Source: Candidatus Sericytochromatia bacterium
GTDB taxonomy: Bacteria > Cyanobacteriota > Sericytochromatia > S15B-MN24 > UBA4093
Length of the DNA: 64,000 nt
Assembly (NCBI GenBank): GCA_036676985.1
Contig: JAKFBU010000027.1
Span: 224,001-288,000 of the forward strand
Direction of reading: 5' to 3'
Shown here: one piece after another, positions 30,706 to 39,651 of the stretch
How positions within the stretch are numbered: the first letter of the stretch is position 1
Layout of the letters: the number at the start of each line of letters is the position of its first letter
Translations under genes and position numbers: made by a program
The notes under the pieces: model-generated
Told to the model about the DNA's origin: nothing
Database searches by the model: none
What the model saw: the letters and a program-made list of their open reading frames with translations, nothing else

Positions 30706-31869
30706 CTACTCCTTGATCCGGCCGTACTTGCGCATGACGTCCTTCAGGCGATCGAGCGGCAAGGCGAAGACCTTGTTCCCATCCCGTCCCTCGGTCGTCG
30801 TGGCCATGGTCAGCGCGTTGCCGATGGCCTCCTCGACGGCCTCGGCCGTCGCCTCGAAGAGGGGCGTGAGGTGCGTGTTGTCGTAGGCCGTGATGGCCAT
30901 GGTGGGCTCGTCCGGATAGTGCGGCACCACCGTCGCCGTCGAGAAGGCGAGCATGAAGTCCCCAGAGCTGTGCGCCGCCGGGCTGCCCGTCCGTGCGAGC
31001 CCCATGGCCGCGCGCTTGGCCACCCGCTGGAGCTGATGAGGCAAGAGGGGCGCGTCGGTCGCCACGATGGCGATAATCGAGCCCTCGCCAGGCTTGCGGA
31101 GGGGCATGAGATCGGAGATCTCGCGACCCACGGGCACCCCGTCGATGCGCAGGGCCGAGCGTGCGCCCATGTTGCAGTTCACGAGCACGCCCACCGTGTA
31201 GCCGCCGGCGTCTTTCGGCAGCACCCGGCTCGCGGAGCCGATGCCCCCCTTGAAGCGGTAGCTCACCATGCCCGTGCCCGCCCCCACGGCTCCCTCGGCC
31301 ACCGGCCCGGTCTTGGCGCCCTCGATGGCCGCGAGCACGTCCTGCGGCTGCACGTGCCGCCCTCGCTGGTCGTTGAGGAAGGAGTCGTCGCACTCGGCCA
31401 CCACCGGGAGGACCACGTCGTCGGTGATGCCCATCTGGGGATAGCGCTTCGCCATCCAGGTGACGACGGCGTCCGAGACCTTGCCGACGCTCAGGGTGTC
31501 CGTGAGCAGGATCGGCGTCTCCAGCCAGCCTGCCTCGTTGATCCAGCTGAGGCCCGTCATTTCACCGTTGCCGTTGAGGACGAAGCCGCCGGCGAAGACC
31601 TTCTTGTTCCAGACGTCGTCGCGGGGCACGATGGCCGTCACGCCCGTGCGCACGGGGCCCTGGCCGGGCACGAGCTTGCCCGAGCCGCGGTTCAGCGTGA
31701 CCTGGCCAACCTTGACGCCGGCCACGTCCGTGATGGCGTTCCAGCGGCCGGTCGGATACTGGCCGATGGCGACGCCGAGCTCGCGCAGGCGCTGGCGCGG
31801 GGGCTCGGCCGCGAGGGCCGAGGTCGATAGGGTGACGAGGGCGAGGGCAGCGACGGCGATGCGGGACAT
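30706..31869 (-). CDS. secreted P1/DmpA-family aminopeptidase
   Basis: signal peptide; NAITDVAGVKVG, NGNGEMTG, GAVGAGTG, GSII (autocleavage site), SGDF. Confidence 0.94.
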   Translation of the reverse strand: MSRIAVAALALVTLSTSALAAEPPRQRLRELGVAIGQYPTGRWNAITDVAGVKVGQVTLNRGSGKLVPGQGPVRTGVTAIVPRDDVWNKKVFAGGFVLNGNGEMTGLSWINEAGWLETPILLTDTLSVGKVSDAVVTWMAKRYPQMGITDDVVLPVVAECDDSFLNDQRGRHVQPQDVLAAIEGAKTGPVAEGAVGAGTGMVSYRFKGGIGSASRVLPKDAGGYTVGVLVNCNMGARSALRIDGVPVGREISDLMPLRKPGEGSIIAIVATDAPLLPHQLQRVAKRAAMGLARTGSPAAHSSGDFMLAFSTATVVPHYPDEPTMAITAYDNTHLTPLFEATAEAVEEAIGNALTMATTTEGRDGNKVFALPLDRLKDVMRKYGRIKE

Positions 31870-31979
31870 GGAAGCTCCTCCAGGCAGGCGTGCAGCTTCC
31901 AAGGTGCGACAGCGGACATTGCCTGTCAAGCGCGGGATGCAGGGCCGGCCCGGCGGGGTAAGATGGAAGCGGAGGACGT

Positions 31980-33704
31980 ATGGCCGACGCCACGATACAG
32001 GGAATCAAGGCCTTTCAGGCCGGTCGCTACGCGGAGGCGATCGTCGCCTTCGGCCACGCCCTCCAGGCCCATCCCGAGGATCCCAAGCTCCACCTGCTCC
32101 TGGGCCGGGCCTACCACCACAATGCCCAGTTCGCGCTCGCGCAGGCGCACTACGAAGCGGCGATCGCCGCCACCGAGAACCCGAGCCTCGTCGCGGTCGC
32201 CCAGCAGGGCCTGGACATGGCCGTCCGCCAGACCGTGCCCACGGCCCCCCAGGCCGCTCCCGCCCCGCCGCAGCTTCCCGCGCGACCCCGGGCCGATCGG
32301 CTCGTCTGCCCCGCCTGCGGCGAGGCGCTGCCCGCGGGCGCGTGCGTCTGCGGGTTCGCCGTCGCCGATCCCGAGCGCCTCGGCCTGGACCTGGTGCATG
32401 CCTTCAGCGCCCGCCACGAGGTGCTCGTCGTCGTCCGCAAGGGCCTGGACCACTACCTCATCGACCCGGATCAGGTGCGCTACCGGTCCGGAGGCGACAG
32501 GCTCCACCCGGTGGATGCCCGGCTGGTCTTTCCCCCGGTCCACGGCGTGCCCGCTCTCTGGGAGTACGAGCTCTCCCCCCTCCAGTCGCCCGGCCTCAAG
32601 GTCATGCTCTCCCCCATGCCGGGCAAGCCGGGTCAGAACCGCCTCCTCAGCTTCGAGGCGTTCGCGGCCGAGGTGGCGGCCATGCTCGGCCAGGAGGCGC
32701 CGATCCCGCTGCCTCCGTTCGATGCCGCCGCCCTCTACCGCCGCTGCAAGCTCCTGCCCAAGGGCGAGCTCGTCCGGATCCAGTCCGTCGCCGACCACTG
32801 GGGCATGACCTTCGGGCAAGCCCTCATGAAGTCGAGCCAGAGCCCGCCCCGCCTCCTGCTTCAGGCGATGCTCGGGGAGGACGTGATCTTCCGGCCCACC
32901 AACCGCATGTCCAACAGCCTGGCAGGCGCGCTGCTCGCCGACGGCCTGATCTCGCCCGAGACGGTGACGGACCTGCTCGCGCGGCAGGTCGAGTACCCGC
33001 GGAGCATGGCGCAGTTGGTGCTCTCGGCCATGGGCCTCCAGGAGGCGGACGTCGCCCCCTACCTCGAGTCGCTCCGCGCCCAGCGCCCGGTGCGACCGGT
33101 GCGCGATCGCCTCGGTGAGCTGCTCGTCGCCCAGGGCGCCATTTCCCGCGCTCAGCTCGACGAGGCCCTGATTCAGGCCAGGGGCCGCTCGGAACTCCTG
33201 GGCTCGGTACTGGAGACCCTGGGGACCCCGCGCAAGGCCATCGACCGGGCCCTGCACCACCAGCGGGTCAAGGATCAGCTGCGCTTCGGCGGGCAGGTCC
33301 GGCTCGGAGAGATCCTGGTCAAGCGGGGGGTCATCAGCCGGCAGCAGCTCCTGGAGGCCCTCGTCGAGCAGATCGACCAGCCGTTGCCCCTGGGCGAGCT
33401 CTTGATCCAGCGGGGCTCGGCCACGCCCGAGCAGGTCTACCTGGCCCTCTGCCAGCAGGAGACCACCCTCGACGCCTTCGTCCGCATCGAGGTCGACCTG
33501 GAGGGCAAGGACGAGGCCCCCTCGTCGGGAAACGTGCTCAGCTTCTCCATCGACCTGGACAAGGAGAAAGAGCGCCTGGGCTCGCTGTTCGGCAACTTGA
33601 AGCAGGGCTTCCAGAGCGGGCTCAAGGAGGTCCGGACCGCCTTCCAGGCCATCCAGGAAGCCTCCGCCGTGCCCCCCGGCAAAGAGGGGATTGACAACTT
33701 TTAG
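31980..33704 (+). CDS. TPR + Zn-ribbon + multiple MshEN-like (c-di-GMP-binding) repeat protein
   Basis: N-terminal TPR, CPAC..CVCG, RLGELLVAQGAISRAQLDEAL, RLGEILVKRGVISRQQLLEAL, PLGELLIQRG. Confidence 0.85.
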   Translation: MADATIQGIKAFQAGRYAEAIVAFGHALQAHPEDPKLHLLLGRAYHHNAQFALAQAHYEAAIAATENPSLVAVAQQGLDMAVRQTVPTAPQAAPAPPQLPARPRADRLVCPACGEALPAGACVCGFAVADPERLGLDLVHAFSARHEVLVVVRKGLDHYLIDPDQVRYRSGGDRLHPVDARLVFPPVHGVPALWEYELSPLQSPGLKVMLSPMPGKPGQNRLLSFEAFAAEVAAMLGQEAPIPLPPFDAAALYRRCKLLPKGELVRIQSVADHWGMTFGQALMKSSQSPPRLLLQAMLGEDVIFRPTNRMSNSLAGALLADGLISPETVTDLLARQVEYPRSMAQLVLSAMGLQEADVAPYLESLRAQRPVRPVRDRLGELLVAQGAISRAQLDEALIQARGRSELLGSVLETLGTPRKAIDRALHHQRVKDQLRFGGQVRLGEILVKRGVISRQQLLEALVEQIDQPLPLGELLIQRGSATPEQVYLALCQQETTLDAFVRIEVDLEGKDEAPSSGNVLSFSIDLDKEKERLGSLFGNLKQGFQSGLKEVRTAFQAIQEASAVPPGKEGIDNF

Positions 33705-33718
33705 AATTAGTCTAAAAT
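33691..33718 (+). promoter_or_regulatory. promoter (TTGACA/TAAAAT) with overlapping Irr/PerR-type box TTTAGAA-TTA-GTCTAAA
   Basis: 17-bp near-palindrome at 33700-33716 between the -35 and -10. Confidence 0.75.
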
Positions 33719-33725
33719 GAGATCT

Positions 33726-34148
33726 ATGAAAGCACAGGGAATCGAGAAGCATCACATCGAGCAGGAGCTCCGCGACAAGGGCATCCAGCCCACCGCGCAG
33801 CGGGTCGAGGTGCTGTTCCACCTGCGCACCGGCTGTCACCACACGGCCGACGAGCTCTACGAGATCCTCAACGAGGAATTCTCCAAGGTCTCGCGCGCCA
33901 CGGTCTACAACACGCTCAACCTCCTGAAGGACCATGGCCTCATCGGCGAGGTGGTCGTCGAACCGGGCAAGTCCATCTTCGATGCCAACGCGCATGCCCA
34001 CTACCACTTTTACAACGTCGACACCAAGGAGCTCATCGACATCCCCGCCGACCAGATCTGCGTGACCTGCCTGCCGGGTTACCCCGCGGGCAAGGAGTTC
34101 CTCGGCGCCGACGTGATCATCCGCATCGGCGAGCCGGCGAGCGAGTAG
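33726..34148 (+). CDS. Fur-family regulator, Irr/PerR-like (no structural CxxC pairs)
   Basis: TAQR, HHTADELY, SRATVYNTL, HAHYHFY. Confidence 0.92.
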   Translation: MKAQGIEKHHIEQELRDKGIQPTAQRVEVLFHLRTGCHHTADELYEILNEEFSKVSRATVYNTLNLLKDHGLIGEVVVEPGKSIFDANAHAHYHFYNVDTKELIDIPADQICVTCLPGYPAGKEFLGADVIIRIGEPASE

Positions 34149-34164
34149 TTTTTTTTGCCCCTGA

Positions 34165-34181
34165 CTTAGACTTTGTCTAGG
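34165..34181 (+). promoter_or_regulatory. second Fur-family box upstream of the reductase operon
   Basis: CTTAGAC-TTT-GTCTAGG, same core as the box at 33700. Confidence 0.7.
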
Positions 34182-34212
34182 TCTATACGGTATCTACACA
34201 GGGAGTGTTACG

Positions 34213-34347
34213 ATGTATGAAGACCTCTACAACGAGGCGATGGTTCACTTTGCGTGTACCGGCTGTCAATCGATGAGCGATGCGGACGGGGACGAGCCCG
34301 TCGCAGGAAGGGACGCCAACGCATGGAACGATTCGATCTCATCGTGA
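34213..34347 (+). CDS. putative 44-aa acidic CxxC peptide
   Basis: GGGAG RBS, MYEDLYNEAMVHFACTGCQSMSD..., overlaps the reductase start. Confidence 0.4.
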   Translation: MYEDLYNEAMVHFACTGCQSMSDADGDEPVAGRDANAWNDSISS

Positions 34348-35804
34348 TCGGCGCGGGGAGCGCGGGCTTTGCCGCCGCCCGCGTCGCGGCCTCCGATCTC
34401 GGCGCTAGGGTGGCGTTGGTCGACAAGGGTCCCCTGGGCGGGCTGTGCATCCTGGCCGGCTGCATGCCCTCGAAGGCGCTCATCCAGTCGTCGAACGCCG
34501 CGCACCTGGTCGCGAAGTCCCAGGAGTTCGGGATCGTCGGGGCGACGGGCAAGCCGGACTTCCAGGCCATCATGGCCCGCAAGGACCGGCTCATCAAGGG
34601 CTTTGCGGACTACCGCACCGAGAGCATCGAGTCCCTGCCGAACACGGAGCTCGTCTTGGGCGCGGCACGCTTCATCGACCAAAAGACCATCCAGGTGGGC
34701 GATCGCACCCTCACGGCGCCGAAGTTCATCCTGGCTCTCGGCTCGACGCCCATGATCCCGCCCATTCCGGGGCTGCGCGAGACGGGCTTCATGTTGAGCG
34801 ACCAAGCGCTGAGCCTGGAGACCCAGCCCGAATCCCTCGTCATCATCGGTGGCGGCATCATCGCCCTGGAAGCGGGGCAATTCTACGCCCGGATCGGTAC
34901 CAAGGTCACGATCCTGGAGGCCGCGCCACGGCTGATCGCCCGAGAGGACGAGGACGTCTCCGAGGTGATCACCCACCGCCTGCGGCAAGAAGGTGTCGAC
35001 GTCTACACGGGCATCAAGCCGCTATCCGTCGAGCGACGGGGCGACCTCAAGGTCGTCCGCTTCCAGACATCCGCCGGCCAGAGCACCGAGGTCGCGGGCA
35101 CGGATCTCTTGGTGACGACGGGGCGCGAGCCGAACGTCAAGAGCCTGGACCTCGAGAAGGCGGGCGTTCGGATGGAGGGCCGGCGCATGGTGCTCGATCG
35201 CTGCATGCGCACGACCAACCCCGACGTCTATGCCGCGGGTGATGTGACGGGCGGGTCTTATCTGGTGCATGTGGCGATCGCGGACGGCGAGCTCGCGGCG
35301 CGCAACGCCCTGATGGGCTGTGCGCCCACGCCGGCGGCCGAGCACCTGTTCATCTCGGCGGCCTTCACCGAGCCCAACATCGCCCGGGTGGGGCTCTCGG
35401 AGCTGGAGGCCAAGCAGCTGGGGCGCGAGGTCCTGGTGGGGCGGTACCGGTTCCGGGACCACGGCAAGGCCGAGATCCTGGACGAGACGGACGGCTTCGT
35501 GAAGCTGATCGCCGATCCGCGCACGGGTGAGATCCTGGGGGCGACCATCGTGGGTCCGCACGGCGCGGAGCTCATCCACGAGATGGCGTGCGCCATCACC
35601 TTCCGGGCGACGGTCGAGCAGTTCCTCAAGGTGCCGCACGTGCACCCGACCCTCGCCGAGATCCTCACCTACCCGGCCGAGGAGATCATGGAGCTGATGC
35701 GCACCCGCGCCCGGGTCCAGAGCACCCTTTACCCTTCCGGCTACAACGACCAGGACGAGGAGTCCGCGTTCGAGGTGCAGGCCAAGAAAGGAGCCAACGC
35801 ATGA
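34323..35804 (+). CDS. class I pyridine nucleotide-disulfide oxidoreductase (LpdA/RclA-like)
   Basis: GAGSAG, GGLCILAGCMPSK, GGGIIALE, AAGDV, HPTLAE. Confidence 0.93.
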   Translation: MERFDLIVIGAGSAGFAAARVAASDLGARVALVDKGPLGGLCILAGCMPSKALIQSSNAAHLVAKSQEFGIVGATGKPDFQAIMARKDRLIKGFADYRTESIESLPNTELVLGAARFIDQKTIQVGDRTLTAPKFILALGSTPMIPPIPGLRETGFMLSDQALSLETQPESLVIIGGGIIALEAGQFYARIGTKVTILEAAPRLIAREDEDVSEVITHRLRQEGVDVYTGIKPLSVERRGDLKVVRFQTSAGQSTEVAGTDLLVTTGREPNVKSLDLEKAGVRMEGRRMVLDRCMRTTNPDVYAAGDVTGGSYLVHVAIADGELAARNALMGCAPTPAAEHLFISAAFTEPNIARVGLSELEAKQLGREVLVGRYRFRDHGKAEILDETDGFVKLIADPRTGEILGATIVGPHGAELIHEMACAITFRATVEQFLKVPHVHPTLAEILTYPAEEIMELMRTRARVQSTLYPSGYNDQDEESAFEVQAKKGANA

Positions 35805-36043
35805 TGAAGCTTTACCAGTTCGAGGGCTGTCCCTACTGCAAGATGGTGCGGGAGAAGCTCTCGGAGTTGCAGATCACCTACATCAACGTCAACGTTCCCC
35901 GCGACAAGAGCCGGCGCCAGGAGGTCATCCAGGTCTCGGGGCAGCCGTCGGTGCCGGTCCTGGTGGACGGGGACACGGTGCTCGACGACGAGGAGAAGAT
36001 CCTGCCGTATCTGATGGAGAAGTACGGAGCGGCCAAGGTCTAG
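35801..36043 (+). CDS. glutaredoxin / GST-N-domain protein
   Basis: LYQFEGCPYC, QPSVPVLVD; ATGA overlap with the reductase stop. Confidence 0.92.
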   Translation: MMKLYQFEGCPYCKMVREKLSELQITYINVNVPRDKSRRQEVIQVSGQPSVPVLVDGDTVLDDEEKILPYLMEKYGAAKV

Positions 36044-36117
36044 GTCCTTTGCCCCTCGCCGGATCCGGCGAGGGGCGTTATCATGGGGCGTCTTCCCGCT
36101 ATCGATTCGAGGCCCCC

Positions 36118-36351
36118 ATGGCACAGTGCCCGGAATGCACCTACGACGTCCCCGCCGGCTCGCCGGTCTGCTCGACCTGCGGGGCGAACATGCCCGTGGG
36201 TGACAGCGAGGCGCCGGCGGGTAAGACGGCCTCCAAGGGGATGGACGAGATGCTCCTGCGGGGGGTGATCGGGTTTCTGATCGTGTGCGTCTTGGGGGCG
36301 GCCGCTTTCACGGTCTATTCCATCTTCGCGCAGATCCTGACCAAGCCATAA
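36118..36351 (+). CDS. zinc-ribbon + TM small protein
   Basis: CPEC...CSTCG, C-terminal TM helix. Confidence 0.8.
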   Translation: MAQCPECTYDVPAGSPVCSTCGANMPVGDSEAPAGKTASKGMDEMLLRGVIGFLIVCVLGAAAFTVYSIFAQILTKP

Positions 36352-36414
36352 GGAACCCGTTCGCCTTTCGACCTGGCTCAAGACGAACGGTTCCTTATTC
36401 CCTCGTCGTGGCGC

Positions 36415-37680
36415 TCACCTCAGCCCCTGAGCCTCCAGGTGCTTCTCCTCGAACCGGGCGATTCGCGGGTTGAGGGAGGCCACGATCCCGACCAGGGCCA
36501 CGCACGCCAGCCCGCCTAGCGTCACCGCCGGCCCCGCGCCCAGGAACTGCGCGACCACCCCCGCCTCGAACTCGCCGAGCTGGTTGCCCGACACCGCAAA
36601 GAAGTAATTCACCCCGCCGATCCGGCCGCGCATCTCCTCGGGCGTCAACAGCTGGCGAATGCTCTGCCGCATGGTCATGCTGATGGTGTCGGCCACCCCC
36701 GTCAGCGCCAGCATGGCCCACGACAGCCACATGTGCCGCGACCAGCCGAAGACCGCCGTTGCAAGACCGTAGACCAGGATGGTCACGAGCACCACCCGCC
36801 CCGGATGCCGCGGCCGTCGCAACAGCGTCACGCCCGCCGCCCCGATCATCGCGCCCAGCGCCGGCGCCGAGGACAAGAGGCCCAGCCCCTGCGGGCCCAC
36901 CTGCAGGATGTCGCGCGCGAACACCGGCAAGAGCAGGAGCGATCCGCCGAACAAAACGGCGAAGAAGTCCAGGAGCATCAGGGACAGGATGATGCTCTCG
37001 CGGCGCAGGAAGGAGAAGCCCTCCTTCAGGCGGCGCATCGCGGCGGCAGCCGAGCGATCGTCCAGTACATGCTCCGCGAAGGCCTGAGAAGGCCGCACCA
37101 TCAGGAGGACGACGAGGACCGCCAGGAAGGACGTCGCATCCACCATGTAGGCGACGCCCACTCCCCACCCCCCGATGATGAGGCCGCCGAGCGCCGGACC
37201 GAGCACGCCCGCCAGGCTCCACGAGAGGTTGTTCAGCGTGATGGCGTTGGTCATCATGCCGCGCGGCACCAGCGACGGCACGATGGCCGAGTGCGTCGGA
37301 CCGTCGATGCTCGAGGCCGTGGCCATCAAGAGGATGATGAGGTAGAGCATCCAGACCGAAGCCGTGCCCGTCAGGGCGAGCCCCGCCAGGAGGGCCGAAA
37401 AGGCGAGCAGCAGCGTCTGCGTGATGATCAGCAGCCTGCGCCGGTCCATGCTGTCCGCGAGCACCCCGCCGAACAGGGAGAACAGGATGACGGGCGCGGC
37501 CTTGATGAGCCCGATGAGCCCCAAGCTCAGGGGCTGGTTGGTCAGGAGATAGACCTGCCAGGCCAGGGCCACGGTGGTCATCTCACCGCCCAGCTTGGAC
37601 AGGGTGTTGCCGATCCAGTAGAGGCGAAAGTCGCGCACCTGGAGGGACTGGAAGGCGTCGGGATTGATCAGTCGGTTCAT
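36415..37680 (-). CDS. MFS transporter (EntS/H+ antiporter-like)
   Basis: GGVLADSMDRRRLL, multiple TM segments, TPEEMRGRI. Confidence 0.93.
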   Translation of the reverse strand: MNRLINPDAFQSLQVRDFRLYWIGNTLSKLGGEMTTVALAWQVYLLTNQPLSLGLIGLIKAAPVILFSLFGGVLADSMDRRRLLIITQTLLLAFSALLAGLALTGTASVWMLYLIILLMATASSIDGPTHSAIVPSLVPRGMMTNAITLNNLSWSLAGVLGPALGGLIIGGWGVGVAYMVDATSFLAVLVVLLMVRPSQAFAEHVLDDRSAAAAMRRLKEGFSFLRRESIILSLMLLDFFAVLFGGSLLLLPVFARDILQVGPQGLGLLSSAPALGAMIGAAGVTLLRRPRHPGRVVLVTILVYGLATAVFGWSRHMWLSWAMLALTGVADTISMTMRQSIRQLLTPEEMRGRIGGVNYFFAVSGNQLGEFEAGVVAQFLGAGPAVTLGGLACVALVGIVASLNPRIARFEEKHLEAQGLR

Positions 37681-37741
37681 CTGAAAGCCTGGTATGCTCT
37701 AGTCGGGAAGACCGTCACTCCCCTGGGATCTAGAGTACGCG

Positions 37742-38608
37742 ATGATGGGCATCTTGTGGGCGGCCGTGGCCTCCATCGGCTGGGGCACCGCCGACTTCTT
37801 CGCCAAAGTGAGCTCCGAGCGCATCGGCGCAAGCTCCACCCTGTTCTGGATGCAGGGCGTGAGCGCGCTGGCCCTGGGCCTGCTCATCCTGCTCACGGGC
37901 GCATGGCCCGCGGCTCCTGGCTGGGCCTGGGCCGGGGCCCTCGCGCTCGGCCTGAGCAACATGGTGGCCGTCTTCTTCCTGTACCGCGCCTTCGAGGTGG
38001 GCAAGCTCTCCCTGGTCTCGCCCATCGCTTCGAGCTTTCCGGCCGTCAGCCTCCTGCTCGCCCTGATCTTCCTCGACGCCCCCTGGACGCCCCTCAAGGC
38101 GGCGGGCATCGTGACCATCCTCGGAGGCACGCTCCTCGCCTCCCTGGTCCCGGGCGACGCATCGGCCGAGGAGCGCCTGCGCCCCGTCGCCAACGGCGTG
38201 CCCGAGGCCCTCGTGGCATGCCTCGTCACGGGGGGCACCATGTTCGGGCTCGCCTACGTGGCCGAGCCGCTCGGCAGCCTGACGTCGACCTGGGTCCTGC
38301 GGGCGGTGGCCACCGCCCTCCTCTTGATCGGCCTGGGCCTGCGGCGGGCCATCGTGGCGCCGCCCACGGGGCGCCTCTGGGCCGTGGTGCTCGCGGTGGC
38401 GGCCTTCGACACGCTCGCCTTCGTGGGGTACAACCAGTCGCTCGTGGGCGGAGAGGTGGGTCTCGCCGCCCCCATCTCGGGCACGTTCGCCATCGTGACG
38501 CTGGTGCTCGCACGCGTGGTGCTGAAAGAGCGCCTGAAGCCCCACCAGTGGCTGGGGGTGCTCGCGGTGCTCACGGGAATCGGGCTGGTGTCCCTGCCTC
38601 AGGGCTGA
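37742..38608 (+). CDS. EamA/DMT-family transporter
   Basis: two repeated halves, about 10 TM, VLKERL. Confidence 0.9.
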   Translation: MMGILWAAVASIGWGTADFFAKVSSERIGASSTLFWMQGVSALALGLLILLTGAWPAAPGWAWAGALALGLSNMVAVFFLYRAFEVGKLSLVSPIASSFPAVSLLLALIFLDAPWTPLKAAGIVTILGGTLLASLVPGDASAEERLRPVANGVPEALVACLVTGGTMFGLAYVAEPLGSLTSTWVLRAVATALLLIGLGLRRAIVAPPTGRLWAVVLAVAAFDTLAFVGYNQSLVGGEVGLAAPISGTFAIVTLVLARVVLKERLKPHQWLGVLAVLTGIGLVSLPQG

Positions 38609-38931
38609 ACCCGCAGGTGCTCCACCTCGGGGGCGATCGCCGCGAGGGCGATCGCCCCCTTGTCCGTGAGCGAGCGCCACGTCATGACGAGCACGCCCTT
38701 GCGCAGGGTCTCCTCGCTGTGCTGGCGCAGGAAGCGCACGTCCTCGCCCAGGAGGATGCTGCCCTGCTCGCGACCCTCGGGGCGCATGCCGCCCAGCTCG
38801 TCGGCCAGGTAGGCCGTCAGGTCGTTGACGAGCTCCACGTTCTCCTTGTCGTCCAGGGTGAGGCGCAGGGTGAGCTCGTAGGGATGCTTGGGGCCGGGCT
38901 CGGGTTCGGCCCGCTTGAACCAGTTGCGCAT
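38599..38931 (-). CDS. hypothetical protein
   Basis: GGAGG RBS, ATG MRNWFKR. Confidence 0.65.
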   Translation of the reverse strand: MRNWFKRAEPEPGPKHPYELTLRLTLDDKENVELVNDLTAYLADELGGMRPEGREQGSILLGEDVRFLRQHSEETLRKGVLVMTWRSLTDKGAIALAAIAPEVEHLRVQP

Positions 38932-38950
38932 GCGCGTGCCTCCAAGAAAC

Positions 38951-38980
38951 GCGAGGGAACCGGTCTCCCGGTCCCCTCGC
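38951..38980 (-). terminator. terminator hairpin downstream of the DUF1292 gene
   Basis: GCGAGGGGACCGG-GAGA-CCGGTTCCCTCGC + GTTTCTT on the minus strand. Confidence 0.6.
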
Positions 38981-38994
38981 AAGTCTGGCCTTTT

Positions 38995-39074
38995 AGAGCA
39001 CCTAACAAAACCAGGCATGTGAAACCTTTGGCCGCCTATCGGCGGCTCGTAGGAACAGTCTTGTTAGGCGCTCT
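38995..39074 (+). repeat. 80-bp palindromic miniature element, copy 1 (intergenic)
   Basis: ends AGAGCACCTAACAAAAC ... GTCTTGTTAGGCGCTCT; homologous to 42180-42259 on the minus strand. Confidence 0.9.
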
Positions 39075-39080
39075 CGTGGC

Positions 39081-39347
39081 CTAGTGGTGGGCGTGGCCCT
39101 CGAGGTGCGAGATGACGTGGTTGAACTCGTTCTCGTCCTCGATGTTGACGAGCGTGTCGTTCTCCATGCGCATGAGGAGCACTTCGGGCTCGTCGGCCTC
39201 GACGTTCTCGGGCTTGGTCAGCAGGGCGTACTGCTTGCCGTGGATCTCGACGACGTCGAGGATGACGAAGTCCTCTTCGTTGCCGTCCTCGTCGACCATC
39301 GTGATGACGCTCAGTTCCTGCTCGTCGTCGTGTTCGTGCTCAGCCAT
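39081..39347 (-). CDS. DUF1292 domain protein
   Basis: ITMVDEDGNEEDF..LDVVE..GKQYALL...IEDENEF. Confidence 0.88.
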   Translation of the reverse strand: MAEHEHDDEQELSVITMVDEDGNEEDFVILDVVEIHGKQYALLTKPENVEADEPEVLLMRMENDTLVNIEDENEFNHVISHLEGHAHH

Positions 39348-39447
39348 CGGGATTGAACTCCTTATTTCGGGGAACGACTCAGCGCTCCGTCGGCGCCTTG
39401 GTCAGCACCTGCTTCAAAGTAGATGATTATACTACCATCCGGGCACT

Positions 39448-39651
39448 CTAGCCCTCGGCCGGTAGCTGAAAGCTCTCGTCTCCCATGGCGACCTCGGCCC
39501 GCTCGCTCATCCTCGCCCTTTCCGCCGCGGAGAGGGGCTCGTGGCAGAGATGGCAGCGCTCCGGGAGGGCGCGGGTCTCGCGGGCCGTCTCGCCCCAGTG
39601 CAGCTTTTCGTGACAGTGGGGGCACTGGGCGGTGTAGATGAGGATGGGCAT
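39448..39651 (-). CDS. small Cys-rich (CPHCH/CHLCH) Zn-ribbon-like protein
   Basis: two CxxC pairs, GGAG RBS. Confidence 0.6.
   Translation of the reverse strand: MPILIYTAQCPHCHEKLHWGETARETRALPERCHLCHEPLSAAERARMSERAEVAMGDESFQLPAEG

Noticed and set aside
34323-35804. Mercuric reductase MerA
   Set aside because: No C-terminal Cys-Cys pair or N-terminal HMA domain; it has the His-Glu dyad HPTLAE and no mer genes nearby.
36733-39084. 783-aa ORF ending in the repeat-encoded peptide
   Set aside because: Low-complexity antisense/off-frame shadow across three real genes; useful only as a pointer to the repeat.
39448-39651. Diheme cytochrome c (two CxxCH)
   Set aside because: No signal peptide, and the spacing fits a Zn ribbon better.
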